DNA of 60,790 nucleotides from Candidatus Limnocylindria bacterium (GCA_035699665.1 DASSPJ010000006.1:1-60790); one strand, 5' to 3'; positions 1 through 8,748 are shown, counted from the stretch's first letter. Made by a program: numbers and translations. The notes: generated from the letters alone by a model not told the origin.

Positions 1-1815
1 TTCTTGCAGCTCACGATAGATGCGTGCCCGCTCGCGTTGGTCGTACGTGCCGATCCCCTGGTCGAGCAGCTCGTCCACGAGCGGATTCGAGAAGCCCATG
101 AAGTTGGCATTGCGCGGCTGCTGCTCCGACGTGATGGATCGGGAATGCCACAGCTCGCTGTGCGGGTCGGGGTTGTGCGACCAGCCCAGGAAGATCGCCT
201 CGAACGGCTCGCTGTAGCCGCCCGGGATGTGGGGAAATTCATTGATCGGCCCGAGCACGGTCCGAGCATCGGCCGGGATTACGGTGAGCTCGATTCCACA
301 GTCGCGCACCTGCTCGGCGACGAGGTCCATGAACCGGGTCCGCTGGGCATCGTCTCCGCGGGTGAACACGTCGGTTGCAAGGCGCCGACCGTTCAGCGCA
401 TAGATGCCGTCGTCGCCCAGCGTCCAGCCTGACGCCTCGATCAGCTCCCGTGCGGCATCGACGTCGCGTTCGGGTCGGGGGAGATCGGGGTGATGCGCCC
501 ACGAGACCGGGTCGATGGGTGAGTACAGCACGTCACCCGTCTGCCCGGTCGCCGCGTCAACCGTCGCCGGCTTGTCGATGCACAGCTCCACCGCCGTGCG
601 GAGATTGCGATCGGCGAAGAGCCGTCCTTCGCGCAGGTTGTAGGCGAGCATGAAGAACGTCGAATCCGGGAATGTCGCGAACTGGAGATCCGCCTGGTCG
701 CGCAGCTCCTCATGCATCTCCGGGGCGATGATGGGGATGGTGAGCCAGTGCAGCTCTCCGTTCCGCATCGCGTCCGCGGCAGTCGCCCAGTCCCGAATCA
801 CCCGGATCTCGATGCCGCGCGTGGCCGGCGGCCCGCGGTGATATCCGTCGAACGCCTCGAAGGTGGCGCGCGTGCCGTCCTCCACGCCCACGAACTTCCA
901 TGGGCCGGTGCCGATCGGAGCGCGGTTGAACGACAGCGCCTGGTAGGCCAGGGCGATCGCGTCGAGGCCGGTGGCCTCCAGGCTCCACGCGATGTCGTCC
1001 AGCAGGACCGCGCTCCACTCCGCATACATGCACGCGTCGAAGGCACCATCCGCCTGGATGAACTGGTCGCGGGGCAGCGGTGCCACGCCGGCGGCCTGGA
1101 GCAACGCCTCGGCATCGGCGATCGGGGTTTCGCAATCGGGGGCGTCGGACTCGAACTGCGCGAAGATCGCGTCGGCGGCCTGGTGGTAGTCGACGGCATC
1201 CAGCGTCGGCGCGCGCTCGGCGAGGGGCGCATACGCCGCTTCGATCACCGCCCGGGAGTCGATCATCACACTGGGAAGCACGAGTGTCAGGAAGGTCGCG
1301 TCCGGCGCGCTGAGTCTGAACTCGACCGTTCGCGCGTCCACGGCACTGACCGATTCAAGGACGTCGCCATAGCACTCGCTGAACGCCCAGAGGCACTCGG
1401 GGTGGCGACGCCCGAGTTCGAACGTGTAGGCCACGTCGTCCGCGGTCAGCGGCGTGCCGTCGTGGAACGTGGTTTCGACGAGGCGGCAGGTGATCGTCAG
1501 CTGGTCGGCCGACACGTCACACGGCTCGGCGGCGAGCTCGGGAACGGGGGCGAGGGTGTCGTCATACCGGTACAGCGACCCGTAGACCAGCTGCGTTGCA
1601 AGTTCCGGTCGCCCGCCCGGCGGTCGAAACCCGGCCGCCGTGGTGTTGGAGATGGTGAAGAACGGCGATGGAGCGAAGGGTGGAACGGTCAGGCCGATGA
1701 CGATCTCGTCGGCGGTCTGCGTCGGCGCTGCCCGCGAAGGGGAAGGCTGCGGGGCGGTGGTGCATGCGACCAGGCCGACGGTCAGGAGCGCCGCAGCCAG
1801 ACTCCGGTTGCGCAT
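1..1815 (-). CDS. ABC transporter substrate-binding lipoprotein, family 5 (peptide/nickel, DppA/OppA-like); C-terminus truncated by window edge
   Basis: Missing from the ORF track because it runs off the left edge. A reverse-strand ATG at 1815 (GGAG 5 nt upstream) opens a stop-free frame of 605 codons down to base 1. The translation begins MRNRSLAAALLTVGLVACTT (signal peptide with lipobox Cys). It continues with typical family-5 SBP stretches (GTGPWKFVGVEDG, FFMLAYNLREG, ELWHSRS..NFMGFSNP). Confidence 0.8.
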   Translation of the reverse strand, partial: MRNRSLAAALLTVGLVACTTAPQPSPSRAAPTQTADEIVIGLTVPPFAPSPFFTISNTTAAGFRPPGGRPELATQLVYGSLYRYDDTLAPVPELAAEPCDVSADQLTITCRLVETTFHDGTPLTADDVAYTFELGRRHPECLWAFSECYGDVLESVSAVDARTVEFRLSAPDATFLTLVLPSVMIDSRAVIEAAYAPLAERAPTLDAVDYHQAADAIFAQFESDAPDCETPIADAEALLQAAGVAPLPRDQFIQADGAFDACMYAEWSAVLLDDIAWSLEATGLDAIALAYQALSFNRAPIGTGPWKFVGVEDGTRATFEAFDGYHRGPPATRGIEIRVIRDWATAADAMRNGELHWLTIPIIAPEMHEELRDQADLQFATFPDSTFFMLAYNLREGRLFADRNLRTAVELCIDKPATVDAATGQTGDVLYSPIDPVSWAHHPDLPRPERDVDAARELIEASGWTLGDDGIYALNGRRLATDVFTRGDDAQRTRFMDLVAEQVRDCGIELTVIPADARTVLGPINEFPHIPGGYSEPFEAIFLGWSHNPDPHSELWHSRSITSEQQPRNANFMGFSNPLVDELLDQGIGTYDQRERARIYRELQE

Positions 1816-1915
1816 GCCGACTCCGATTCCCCTGCTGGTCCGCCAAGATTGCCGTACGCGCGGACGGGCGCGCAAGAGCCTCCGACGCTGACTTCGCGGG
1901 GGATCGGGGCGTGGG

Positions 1916-1992
1916 TGGCGGGCCCGACCGGATTCGAACCGGCGATCTCCAGCGTGACAGGCTGGCATGTTGGGCCACTACACCACGGGCCC
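1916..1992 (-). tRNA. tRNA-Asp (anticodon GTC)
   Basis: The reverse complement reads GGGCCCGTGGTGTAGTGGCCCAACATGCCAGCCTGTCACGCTGGAGATCGCCGGTTCGAATCCGGTCGGGCCCGCCA. It has a 7-bp acceptor stem, D and T arms (GGTTCGAATCC), anticodon loop CT-GTC-AC, discriminator G and an encoded CCA. Confidence 0.95.
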
Positions 1993-2011
1993 GCGGGAGT
2001 GACGGTGGCGG

Positions 2012-2017
2012 AGTATA
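2012..2017 (-). promoter_or_regulatory. -10 element (TATACT on the minus strand) for tRNA-Asp
   Basis: GCTATACTCCGCC lies 19 nt upstream of the mature tRNA 5' end. The same extended motif recurs at 40132-40137. Confidence 0.5.
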
Positions 2018-2036
2018 GCAGAGGGTCCCGGACCCT

Positions 2037-2480
2037 TCAGCCCGGCCCTTTCGGCCCTGCCAGGAGGTCGCGCAGCACGATCGCGAAGGCCACCAGCGCC
2101 AGCCCGATGCCACCCGCCGCGAGGCCGTACTGGACCGCGCCGCCCGGCTCGCGGGCCAGTGTCGCCAGCGCGGCGGCCAGTGCGCCGACCAGCGCCGCGA
2201 CGATCGCCGCCACGACCATCGCGCCGGCAGGGCGCGCCCACGCCGTCCCGGCGCGGAGGGCCAGCACCAGGCCGCCCAGGCCGGCCCCGACGATGATCGC
2301 GGCCCACCCGAGCGCCGCTGCCGCGCCGCCGACGGCCGCCGCGTCGGCGACGATCCCGGTGCCGCTGAGGCGGTCGAGGATCCAGCCGGAGGCGAAGGTG
2401 CCCATCAGCACGCCGCCGATGCCCGTCGCCACGGCCACGGCGGCCGCCAGGGCGAGCAGGAAGAGCGAGCGGCGCGGCAA
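2037..2480 (-). CDS. hypothetical polytopic membrane protein (Ala/Gly/Leu-rich)
   Basis: This frame is the ORF 2037..2642. I trimmed the start to the TTG at 2480 because the ATG at 2642 would overlap the upstream gene by 140 nt. The hydrophobic segments begin right after PRRSLFLLALAAAVAVATGIGG. Confidence 0.45.
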   Translation of the reverse strand: MPRRSLFLLALAAAVAVATGIGGVLMGTFASGWILDRLSGTGIVADAAAVGGAAAALGWAAIIVGAGLGGLVLALRAGTAWARPAGAMVVAAIVAALVGALAAALATLAREPGGAVQYGLAAGGIGLALVAFAIVLRDLLAGPKGPG

Positions 2481-2500
2481 TGCGCTGCCGGCGCGGCGCG

Positions 2501-3028
2501 TCAGGCGGCGGGCGCCGGGCGGCCGGTGCGGAGCAGGATGGCGCTCGACGCGCCGAACGTCACCGCTGCCACCAGCAGCGCCGTGGCGAGGAGCCGATCG
2601 CCCCCGCCGATGGTCATCACCACGACCACGCCCGCGGCGCACAGGGCCGCGGTGAGGGCGGCCAGCGCGATGGTCGTGCGCCGCGCGCCACGCAGATCCA
2701 TGAGGAGGGCCGCGGCTGCCCCCGAGATCGCCATCGCCAGGAGCAGGAGCGCCGCGCCGCCGATCACCTGGGGGACGCCGAGGCCCGCGATGTTGGGAGG
2801 TGGCGTGCCCACGTAGCGCGACGAGAGGGTGAGGCCGCTGACGATCATCGCAACGGAGGTGATGAGCAGCGCAACCCCGCCGATGCCGACCGCCAGGGTG
2901 GCGATGCTGGCCCGCTCGCCGAGGTGCTCGGGGGCAAGGGTGTGCGGGCGGTGGCGGGTGGCGATCGACCGAGAGGCGCCGCGGATGACGCGCGGGGCCG
3001 GCTTGGTGACCTTCTTGGTGGTGACCAT
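2501..3028 (-). CDS. hypothetical membrane protein (basic N-terminus, 4 predicted TM segments)
   Basis: This is the C-terminal part of track ORF 2501..4021, starting from the ATG at 3028 (MVTTKKVTKPAPR...). It has strong TM stretches. A TACAAT -10 box lies 9 nt upstream of the ATG. Confidence 0.55.
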   Translation of the reverse strand: MVTTKKVTKPAPRVIRGASRSIATRHRPHTLAPEHLGERASIATLAVGIGGVALLITSVAMIVSGLTLSSRYVGTPPPNIAGLGVPQVIGGAALLLLAMAISGAAAALLMDLRGARRTTIALAALTAALCAAGVVVVMTIGGGDRLLATALLVAAVTFGASSAILLRTGRPAPAA

Positions 3029-3037
3029 GGGTGGCGG

Positions 3038-3053
3038 ATTGTAGCCGTATACT
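3038..3053. promoter_or_regulatory. back-to-back -10 boxes in a 33-bp divergent intergenic region
   Basis: TACAAT (minus strand, 3043-3038) lies 9 nt from the ATG at 3028. TATACT (plus strand, 3048-3053) lies 8 nt from the ATG at 3062. Neither gene has room for a Shine-Dalgarno sequence. Confidence 0.5.
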
Positions 3054-3061
3054 CGCGCCGC

Positions 3062-4099
3062 ATGCCGTGGGAGCCGCCCGCCACCCCGCAGACCCGCCGC
3101 GCGCGCATCGGCGGTTGGATCACCTTCGCCTTCGCCGCCGTGCTGGTCGCGCTGCTCGCGTACCTCTCGTACGTCGGGTTCGTCGGCTCGGACCAGCTGA
3201 CCGCCGCGCCGAGCCCGTCGCGCGCCTGCGGTACACCCGCCGATCTCGGCCTCGCCTACGAGGCGCTCAACTACGACCCGGCCGGCGACGCCGTGCTGGT
3301 CGCCTATCCCGACCACGACGCATGCCCGTCCCAGGGTCCACCCGCGGGAGACGACCTGCGCACCACCGACGGGACGCGCATCGCCGGCTGGTACGTGCCC
3401 ACCACGGGCGCCGGAGGGCCGACCGGCCCGACCGTCGTCCTGGTCCATGGCTGGGGGGCCAACAAGAGCGACATGCTCGGCCGCATCGCGCAGCTCGCCC
3501 CCCGCTACAACACCCTTGCCCTCGACCTGCGGCACCACGGCCAGAGCAGTGCCGACCTCCCGACGACGCAGGGGGTCACCGAGCAGCGGGACGTGGCGGC
3601 CGTGCTGGACTGGCTCGAGGCGCACAAGGGTCCCAGCCGCGTCGTCCTGCTCGGCGTGTCGATGGGCGGCGCCACCGCGGTGAACGTCGCGGTCGCCGAC
3701 GATCGCGTCGCGGCGCTGATCCTGGACTCGACGCACGCCACGCTCCAGGCGGCCGTCCAGGCGCGCTTCGAGCAGGCCGGCTACCCGCTCTCGCTGCCCG
3801 CCTCGTGGGCGATCCTGATGGGCGGCCTGCTGCGCACCGGCGTGGACATGACGAGCGCCGATCCCGAGCGAGCCATCGCGCGGCTGGGGGATACGCCGGT
3901 GCTGGTCCTCGTCGGCGGTGCTGATCGGTCCGTCGGTCCCGACGCGGGCGCCCGGCTGCTGGCGGCGGCGGAGGCGGCGGGGGTCACGGCCACCCTGGAG
4001 ACCTGTTCGCCGGCGGGGCACTCCGAGCTCGTCGGGGCCTGCCCGGATGACTACCGCGCCTGGGTGCTAGGCTTCCTGGACTCCGTGCTCGGGGGATAG
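3062..4099 (+). CDS. alpha/beta hydrolase with N-terminal membrane anchor
   Basis: The ATG at 3062 lies inside track ORF 2480..4099. It has a TM helix (IGGWITFAFAAVLVALLAYLSYV), HGWG, the nucleophile elbow GVSMGG, and a C-terminal AGH catalytic-His context. Confidence 0.8.
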   Translation: MPWEPPATPQTRRARIGGWITFAFAAVLVALLAYLSYVGFVGSDQLTAAPSPSRACGTPADLGLAYEALNYDPAGDAVLVAYPDHDACPSQGPPAGDDLRTTDGTRIAGWYVPTTGAGGPTGPTVVLVHGWGANKSDMLGRIAQLAPRYNTLALDLRHHGQSSADLPTTQGVTEQRDVAAVLDWLEAHKGPSRVVLLGVSMGGATAVNVAVADDRVAALILDSTHATLQAAVQARFEQAGYPLSLPASWAILMGGLLRTGVDMTSADPERAIARLGDTPVLVLVGGADRSVGPDAGARLLAAAEAAGVTATLETCSPAGHSELVGACPDDYRAWVLGFLDSVLGG

Positions 4100-4182
4100 G
4101 GCACCGGACCACCGCCCAGCCCTCGACGTGTAGATGCGCTCCCGCGTGCCCGCGGGGCGCCCGGCCATTCGCAGGAGTCCGC

Positions 4183-5820
4183 ATGACCGATCACCAGACC
4201 GACGCCGACGCGCGCTTCGAGCGCACCATCGAGCGCTGGTTCCGTGACCGCCTGGCCCTCGAGCCGGTCACGGCCACCTACCTGGGGGTGCACGAGTACG
4301 ACCACCAGCTGCCCCCGTCGTCGCGCGAGCACGTGGAGGCGATGATCGCCTTCCATCGCGCCGGCATCGCCGAGATGGAGCGCTTCGACCGCTCCGAGCT
4401 GTCGGAGGCCCACGCGCTGGACCGGGACCTGGCGATCCACCAGTCGCGGCTCGTGCTCCACGAGCTCACCGAGCGACGCACCTGGCGGGGCCGCGCCGGG
4501 GCGGCCGAGGAGATCGGCGAGTCACTCTTCCCGCTCTTCACGCGCGACTTCGCCCCGCTGCCGGAGCGGCTCGACGCCATCGCGTCGCGCCTCGAGGCTG
4601 CACCGCAGCTCCTCGCCGAGTCGCAGGAGCGCGTCACCGACCCGGTCAGGCTGTGGGCCGAGATCGACATCGAGAGCGTCGACGCGCTGCCCGGGTTCCT
4701 CGACACGATCGTCGCCGCCGCGGCGACCGACGGCGGCGACCCGGCGCTCACCGATCGGCTGCGTGCGGCGGCGACCGCCACCAACCGGGCGCTGGAGTCC
4801 CACGCCGCGTGGCTGCGCGACGAGGCGCTGCCCCGCGCCTCCGCGGACTGGGTGGCCGGCCCCGAGCAGTTCGAGGAGATCGTCCGCCTGCGCGAGCTGG
4901 ATGCCACCGGCGACGAGATCCTCGCCGTCGGGGAGCGGATGCTCGCCGAGACGACGGCGGCGCGCGACGCGGTGTGCGCCGAGATCGACCCCACCCTCAC
5001 CCCCGCGGAGGTCGCGGACCTCGTCAAGAACGACCACGCCGAGACGTTCCTCGAGTCGCTCGACGAGTACCGCACCACGATGGACGCGGCCCGCGCCTTC
5101 GTGGTCGAGCACGACCTGGCGACGCTGCCCGACGAGGACCACCTCAATGTCATCGAGACGCCGTCGTTCATCCGGCACCTCATCCCCTTCGCGGCCTACT
5201 ACGAGCCGGCCAAGTTCGATCCGGTGCCGACCGGCACCTACATCGTCACGCCGCCGCAGCGGCCCGAGATGATGCGCGAGCACAACCGCAGCGGCATCGG
5301 GAACACCAGCGTCCACGAGGCCTACCCCGGGCACCACCTCCAGCTCTCGGCGGCGATCACCAACCCCAGCCTGGTGCGCCTCTTCTCGGGGGCCCCCGAG
5401 TTCGCCGAGGGGTGGGCCTTCTACAGCGAGCGGATGATGAAGGAGCACGGCTTCGACGCCACCCCGAAGGGGTGGTACGTCGTGCACACCGATGCGATCT
5501 GGCGCGCCTGCCGGATCCTGCTCGACATCCGGCTCCACCGTGGCGAGATCGGCTTCGACGAGGCGGTCGACTTCCTCCAGGAGCGCACCGGCTTCGAGCG
5601 CCCCGCGGCGCTGGCCGAGGTGAAGCGCTACACCTCCACCCCCACCTACCAGCTCTCGTACCTCTATGGGCGGCACATGATCGAGCGGCTCCGCGACGAG
5701 GTGCAGCGCCGGGAGGGCTCGGCCTTCGAGCTGAAGCGGTTCCACGACACGCTCCTCTACGGCGGCACCATGCCGGTCAGCTACGCGCGGCGCCTCTTCG
5801 ACGGCGTCGCGGTGCGATGA
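4183..5820 (+). CDS. DUF885 family protein (putative metallopeptidase-like)
   Basis: 545-aa ORF with AGGAG 5 nt upstream. It carries the HEAYPGHHLQ motif and a C-terminal YQLSYLYG stretch characteristic of DUF885. Confidence 0.8.
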   Translation: MTDHQTDADARFERTIERWFRDRLALEPVTATYLGVHEYDHQLPPSSREHVEAMIAFHRAGIAEMERFDRSELSEAHALDRDLAIHQSRLVLHELTERRTWRGRAGAAEEIGESLFPLFTRDFAPLPERLDAIASRLEAAPQLLAESQERVTDPVRLWAEIDIESVDALPGFLDTIVAAAATDGGDPALTDRLRAAATATNRALESHAAWLRDEALPRASADWVAGPEQFEEIVRLRELDATGDEILAVGERMLAETTAARDAVCAEIDPTLTPAEVADLVKNDHAETFLESLDEYRTTMDAARAFVVEHDLATLPDEDHLNVIETPSFIRHLIPFAAYYEPAKFDPVPTGTYIVTPPQRPEMMREHNRSGIGNTSVHEAYPGHHLQLSAAITNPSLVRLFSGAPEFAEGWAFYSERMMKEHGFDATPKGWYVVHTDAIWRACRILLDIRLHRGEIGFDEAVDFLQERTGFERPAALAEVKRYTSTPTYQLSYLYGRHMIERLRDEVQRREGSAFELKRFHDTLLYGGTMPVSYARRLFDGVAVR

Positions 5821-6527
5821 GGCTCCCCGTACGGGGGGCGTGGGCCGGGGTCGTCGGGATCGCGGTTGCGCTCGCCGCCTGCGGTGGCGACCCGCTGCCG
5901 TCGCGGCCGCCGTGCCCCACGGCGCCGCCGACCGCCGACGAGGCGCCGGGGGTCCTCGCCGATGCGCGCTCGGCGGTGGTGCGCACCAACAAGGGCGAAT
6001 TCACCATCGCCCTCGACCCGTCGAGCGCGCCGATCGCGACCGCCAACTTCGTGCGCCTCGCCCGCTGCGGCTTTTACGACGGGCTGACCTTTCACCGCGT
6101 CCTGGCCGGCTTCGTCATCCAGGCCGGCGACCCGCAGACCCGGGATCGGCGCGACGACTTCGAGGGGCTAGGAAGCGGCGGGCCAGGGTTTCGCTTCACG
6201 GTCGAGTTCCCCGACGCCGGACAGTCCTACGCGCCGTACACCGTGGCGATGGCCAACGCGATCGAGTACGACGCCACGGGGCAGATCATCAGCGGCCGGG
6301 ATACCAACGGCAGCCAGTTCTTCATCGCGCTGGCCGACCTGGGGCACCTGCTCCCCTACTACTCGATCTTCGGCACCGTGACCGGCGGCCTCGACGTGGT
6401 GAATGCGATCGCCGCGCTGCCGGTCAACCACCCGCGACTCGGCGTGCCGCTCGACCCGGCGATCATCGAATCGATCTCCATCAGCGCCGAATCCGGCGTT
6501 CCGGCAGCCTCGGGGGAGGGCGGCTGA
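5817..6527 (+). CDS. peptidyl-prolyl cis-trans isomerase, cyclophilin type, lipoprotein
   Basis: The ATG at 5817 overlaps the upstream stop (ATGA). It has a signal/lipobox (VALAACGG) and cyclophilin motifs (FHRVLAGFVIQAGDP, GSQFFI, FGTVTGGLDVV). Confidence 0.85.
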   Translation: MRLPVRGAWAGVVGIAVALAACGGDPLPSRPPCPTAPPTADEAPGVLADARSAVVRTNKGEFTIALDPSSAPIATANFVRLARCGFYDGLTFHRVLAGFVIQAGDPQTRDRRDDFEGLGSGGPGFRFTVEFPDAGQSYAPYTVAMANAIEYDATGQIISGRDTNGSQFFIALADLGHLLPYYSIFGTVTGGLDVVNAIAALPVNHPRLGVPLDPAIIESISISAESGVPAASGEGG

Positions 6528-6565
6528 CGGCACGCCGGATAAAGGAATCTTCACGCTGGCAACTA

Positions 6566-6595
6566 TTGACCCCAAGTGAACGGATGGTCTATCCT
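6566..6595 (+). promoter_or_regulatory. sigma-70-like promoter (TTGACC - 18 nt - TATCCT)
   Basis: The -35 TTGACC is at 6566-6571 and the -10 TATCCT at 6590-6595. The promoter sits in a locally GC-poor stretch with no downstream CDS. Confidence 0.5.
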
Positions 6596-6601
6596 CACGG
6601 G

Positions 6602-6743
6602 GCTGTTCGCACAGCGATTCACAACTGGTCGCAAGGCCATGGGTAGGTTTGGGTAAGGGTAGTGCGGGAAACCGTGCGTGAAAGATGCCCTTGCGATTGG
6701 CGAATCCGGCAGCACCTGAAGGCCCCGCTTCGGCGGGGCCTTC
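6602..6743 (+). ncRNA. candidate small non-coding RNA (unclassified), about 140 nt
   Basis: The unit is bounded by the promoter at 6566-6595 and an 11-bp UUCG-capped hairpin at 6718-6743. The only ORF inside is the 5-codon MGRFG. There is a GAAA-capped hairpin at 6662-6677, and GC is clearly below the window average. Confidence 0.35.
6718..6743 (+). terminator. stem-loop terminator candidate (GAAGGCCCCGC-TTCG-GCGGGGCCTTC)
   Basis: Perfect 11-bp stem with a UUCG tetraloop. There is no U-tract. Confidence 0.5.
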
Positions 6744-6795
6744 GCTCGTCCCGGCGCCTCGCGCGGGCTCTGCTAGACTCGCTCCTCCCGATCGC

Positions 6796-6871
6796 GCGCC
6801 GGTAGCTCAGTGGATAGAGCGTCGGCCTCCGGAGCCGAAGGTCGCAGGTTCGAATCCTGTCCGGCGCGCCA
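6796..6871 (+). tRNA. tRNA-Arg (anticodon CCG)
   Basis: Sequence GCGCCGGTAGCTCAGTGGATAGAGCGTCGGCCTCCGGAGCCGAAGGTCGCAGGTTCGAATCCTGTCCGGCGCGCCA. It folds into a canonical cloverleaf with anticodon loop CT-CCG-GA and an encoded CCA. Confidence 0.95.
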
Positions 6872-6907
6872 ATCTCAGGATCGGGGCATGACGCTTGCTG
6901 GCTTGGC

Positions 6908-8731
6908 GTGACCGTGCCAGGCGAGATGCTCCCCGGTCAGCGGGAACCGGCGGCGCCACCCGTCCGCGACCCCGACGAGGGACAGCGCGCCGCACCCGGC
7001 ACGCCCCGCTCGACCTCGGACCTGCTCGCCCGGATCTCACAGGCGGGCTCGATGCTGGTGTACGTCATGGACATCGAGGCCGACGGCACCTACCGCTGTC
7101 TCGAGTTCGCGGGCCTCGAGGGAATCCTGGGCACGGTCCCGCAGGACGTCACCCCCGAGGCCGCATTCGAGGCGGCCGTTCACCCCGATGATCGCGCGGC
7201 CTACGACGAGGCGTACCGAGCGGTGGTCGCGGGGCAACCGTCCGAGCTCGAATACCGCCTCATCGGGTACGACGGTCGCGTTCGCTGGGTGCTGGACCGG
7301 ATGCGACCGCACGTCACCCCGCACGGACGGCTGCTGGTGGACGGCGTGGTCACCGACATCTCCGAGAGTCGCAACGTGTCGCTGGCCCTGGCGAAGGCAC
7401 AGCAGCACGCGTACGCCGCCCGTACCGATGCGCTGACCGGCCTGCCTACGCGGCTGGCCTTTCATGAGCACCTCCAGGTGGCGTTGACGCGCGCCGCCGG
7501 GGGCGCCGGCTGCGCCGTCCTGTTCGTCGACCTGGACAACTTCAAGCTGGTCAACGACAGCTTCGGGCACGCGGCGGGTGACGAGCTGCTGGCCGCGGTG
7601 GCGCGCCGGTTCCGCAGTGCCGCCCGGATCGGGGATCTCATCGCCCGTCAGGGTGGCGACGAGTTCCTGGTGCTGCTGGTCCCGGACGCGCCGGCGGCGG
7701 CGCCAGTCGGGTCGTTCGACGTGGCGCATGCCGCGGTGGAGCTCGCCCGCCGCCTGCGCTCCTCCCTCCGCGAGCCGATCCGGGTGGATGGCCACGAGGT
7801 GTACGTCACCGCCAGCATCGGCATCAGCCTCTATCCCCACGATGCGGACGACGCGGAGTCACTGCTCAAGCACGCCGACATCGCGATGTATGCGGCCAAG
7901 GACAGCGGGCGGGACGCGATCCGGAAGTACACCGCGACCGACGACACGGCACTGGCGGAGCTGTCGATGACCGGCCGGCTGCGGCGGGCGGTCGAGCAGG
8001 GCACCGGTCTGGTGCTGCACTATCAGCCGCTGGTCATGCTCGAGACGGGCGAGGCAGAGGGTCTCGAGGCGCTCCTGCGCTGGCAGGATGGCGATCGGGG
8101 GCTGGTGCCTCCCGCGAAGTTCCTCCCGCTGGCGGAGCGGGTCGGGCTGATGGGCCGGATCAGTGACTGGGTCGTCACGGAGGCGTGCGGCCAGGCGGCC
8201 ACCTGGCGGGCCGCAGGCCTGGGGCTCTACGTGTCCGTGAACCTGCCCCCGACGCACTTCGACGCTCGCGGAATGCGCCGGCTGCTGACGACCCTGGACG
8301 ACTGCGAGCTGCCCTCGGATCGGCTCGTCATCGAGATCACCGAGGCGGTGGTGGTCGACCACGGATGGAATCGGATCCTGCCCGGCCTGACGGCGCTTCG
8401 CCGGCGCGGGGTGCGGCTTGCCATCGACGACTTCGGCAGCGGTCACTCCTCGCTCGGGCGCCTCAGCGACGACTGGGTGAGCATGATCAAGATCGATCGG
8501 TCCTTCATCGCCGGCTTGACCCGCAGCCGGCATTCCCGCGCGCTGGTCACGTCGATCCTCCAGCTCGCCCGCAATCTCGGCATCGAGCCGGTGGCGGAAG
8601 GCATCGAGACCGAGGACCAGCGGCGCCTGCTGCTGGAGCTCGGGTGTCGCCGCGGCCAGGGGTTCCTCTTCAGCCGCCCGGTGGCCGCCGAGGCCATCCC
8701 GGCGCTGGTCGCATCCCAGGGTCCGGCCTGA
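6908..8731 (+). CDS. PAS-GGDEF-EAL signalling protein (diguanylate cyclase/phosphodiesterase)
   Basis: It has a PAS-like N-terminal region, a GGDEF motif (RQGGDEFLVLL), an EAL domain (EALLRW, DDFGSGHSSL, KIDRSF) and EGIET. The start is a GTG at 6908; the ATG at 6926 is also possible. Confidence 0.85.
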   Translation: MTVPGEMLPGQREPAAPPVRDPDEGQRAAPGTPRSTSDLLARISQAGSMLVYVMDIEADGTYRCLEFAGLEGILGTVPQDVTPEAAFEAAVHPDDRAAYDEAYRAVVAGQPSELEYRLIGYDGRVRWVLDRMRPHVTPHGRLLVDGVVTDISESRNVSLALAKAQQHAYAARTDALTGLPTRLAFHEHLQVALTRAAGGAGCAVLFVDLDNFKLVNDSFGHAAGDELLAAVARRFRSAARIGDLIARQGGDEFLVLLVPDAPAAAPVGSFDVAHAAVELARRLRSSLREPIRVDGHEVYVTASIGISLYPHDADDAESLLKHADIAMYAAKDSGRDAIRKYTATDDTALAELSMTGRLRRAVEQGTGLVLHYQPLVMLETGEAEGLEALLRWQDGDRGLVPPAKFLPLAERVGLMGRISDWVVTEACGQAATWRAAGLGLYVSVNLPPTHFDARGMRRLLTTLDDCELPSDRLVIEITEAVVVDHGWNRILPGLTALRRRGVRLAIDDFGSGHSSLGRLSDDWVSMIKIDRSFIAGLTRSRHSRALVTSILQLARNLGIEPVAEGIETEDQRRLLLELGCRRGQGFLFSRPVAAEAIPALVASQGPA

Positions 8732-8748
8732 CGGCCGCGCATCGGTAG

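Noticed and set aside
712-2655. 647-aa plus-strand ORF, the longest track ORF at the left end
   Set aside because: It runs antisense through the family-5 SBP gene and straight across tRNA-Asp. The translation is Arg/Gly/Pro-rich low complexity with no motifs. The real gene is on the minus strand (1-1815) and is missing from the track because it leaves the window.
2480-3061. N-terminal 194 codons of track ORF 2480..4099
   Set aside because: This segment is antisense to two membrane-protein genes. The alpha/beta hydrolase homology and its TM anchor begin at the ATG at 3062, which also has a correctly placed -10 box.
6608-6680. c-di-GMP-I (GEMM-I) or ZTP riboswitch, suggested by GCACAG, CGCAAGGCC, ACTGGTCGC and GGGAAACC words and the nearby GGDEF-EAL gene
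   Set aside because: Only short word matches are present. The expected P2/P3 helices with tetraloop and receptor (GEMM-I), or the CCGCCTGGGC 3' module (ZTP), cannot be drawn. The element ends in its own terminator with a tRNA, not a regulated CDS, downstream.
6685-6891. 68-aa ORF
   Set aside because: It reads through the terminator hairpin and the entire tRNA-Arg gene.
6598-6960. tmRNA, because the candidate sRNA region begins GGGGCTG like ssrA
   Set aside because: There is no tag-peptide reading frame and no matching 3' acceptor/T-arm (…CAGCCCC-ACCA). The required ~350-nt span would run through an intact tRNA-Arg and into a CDS.
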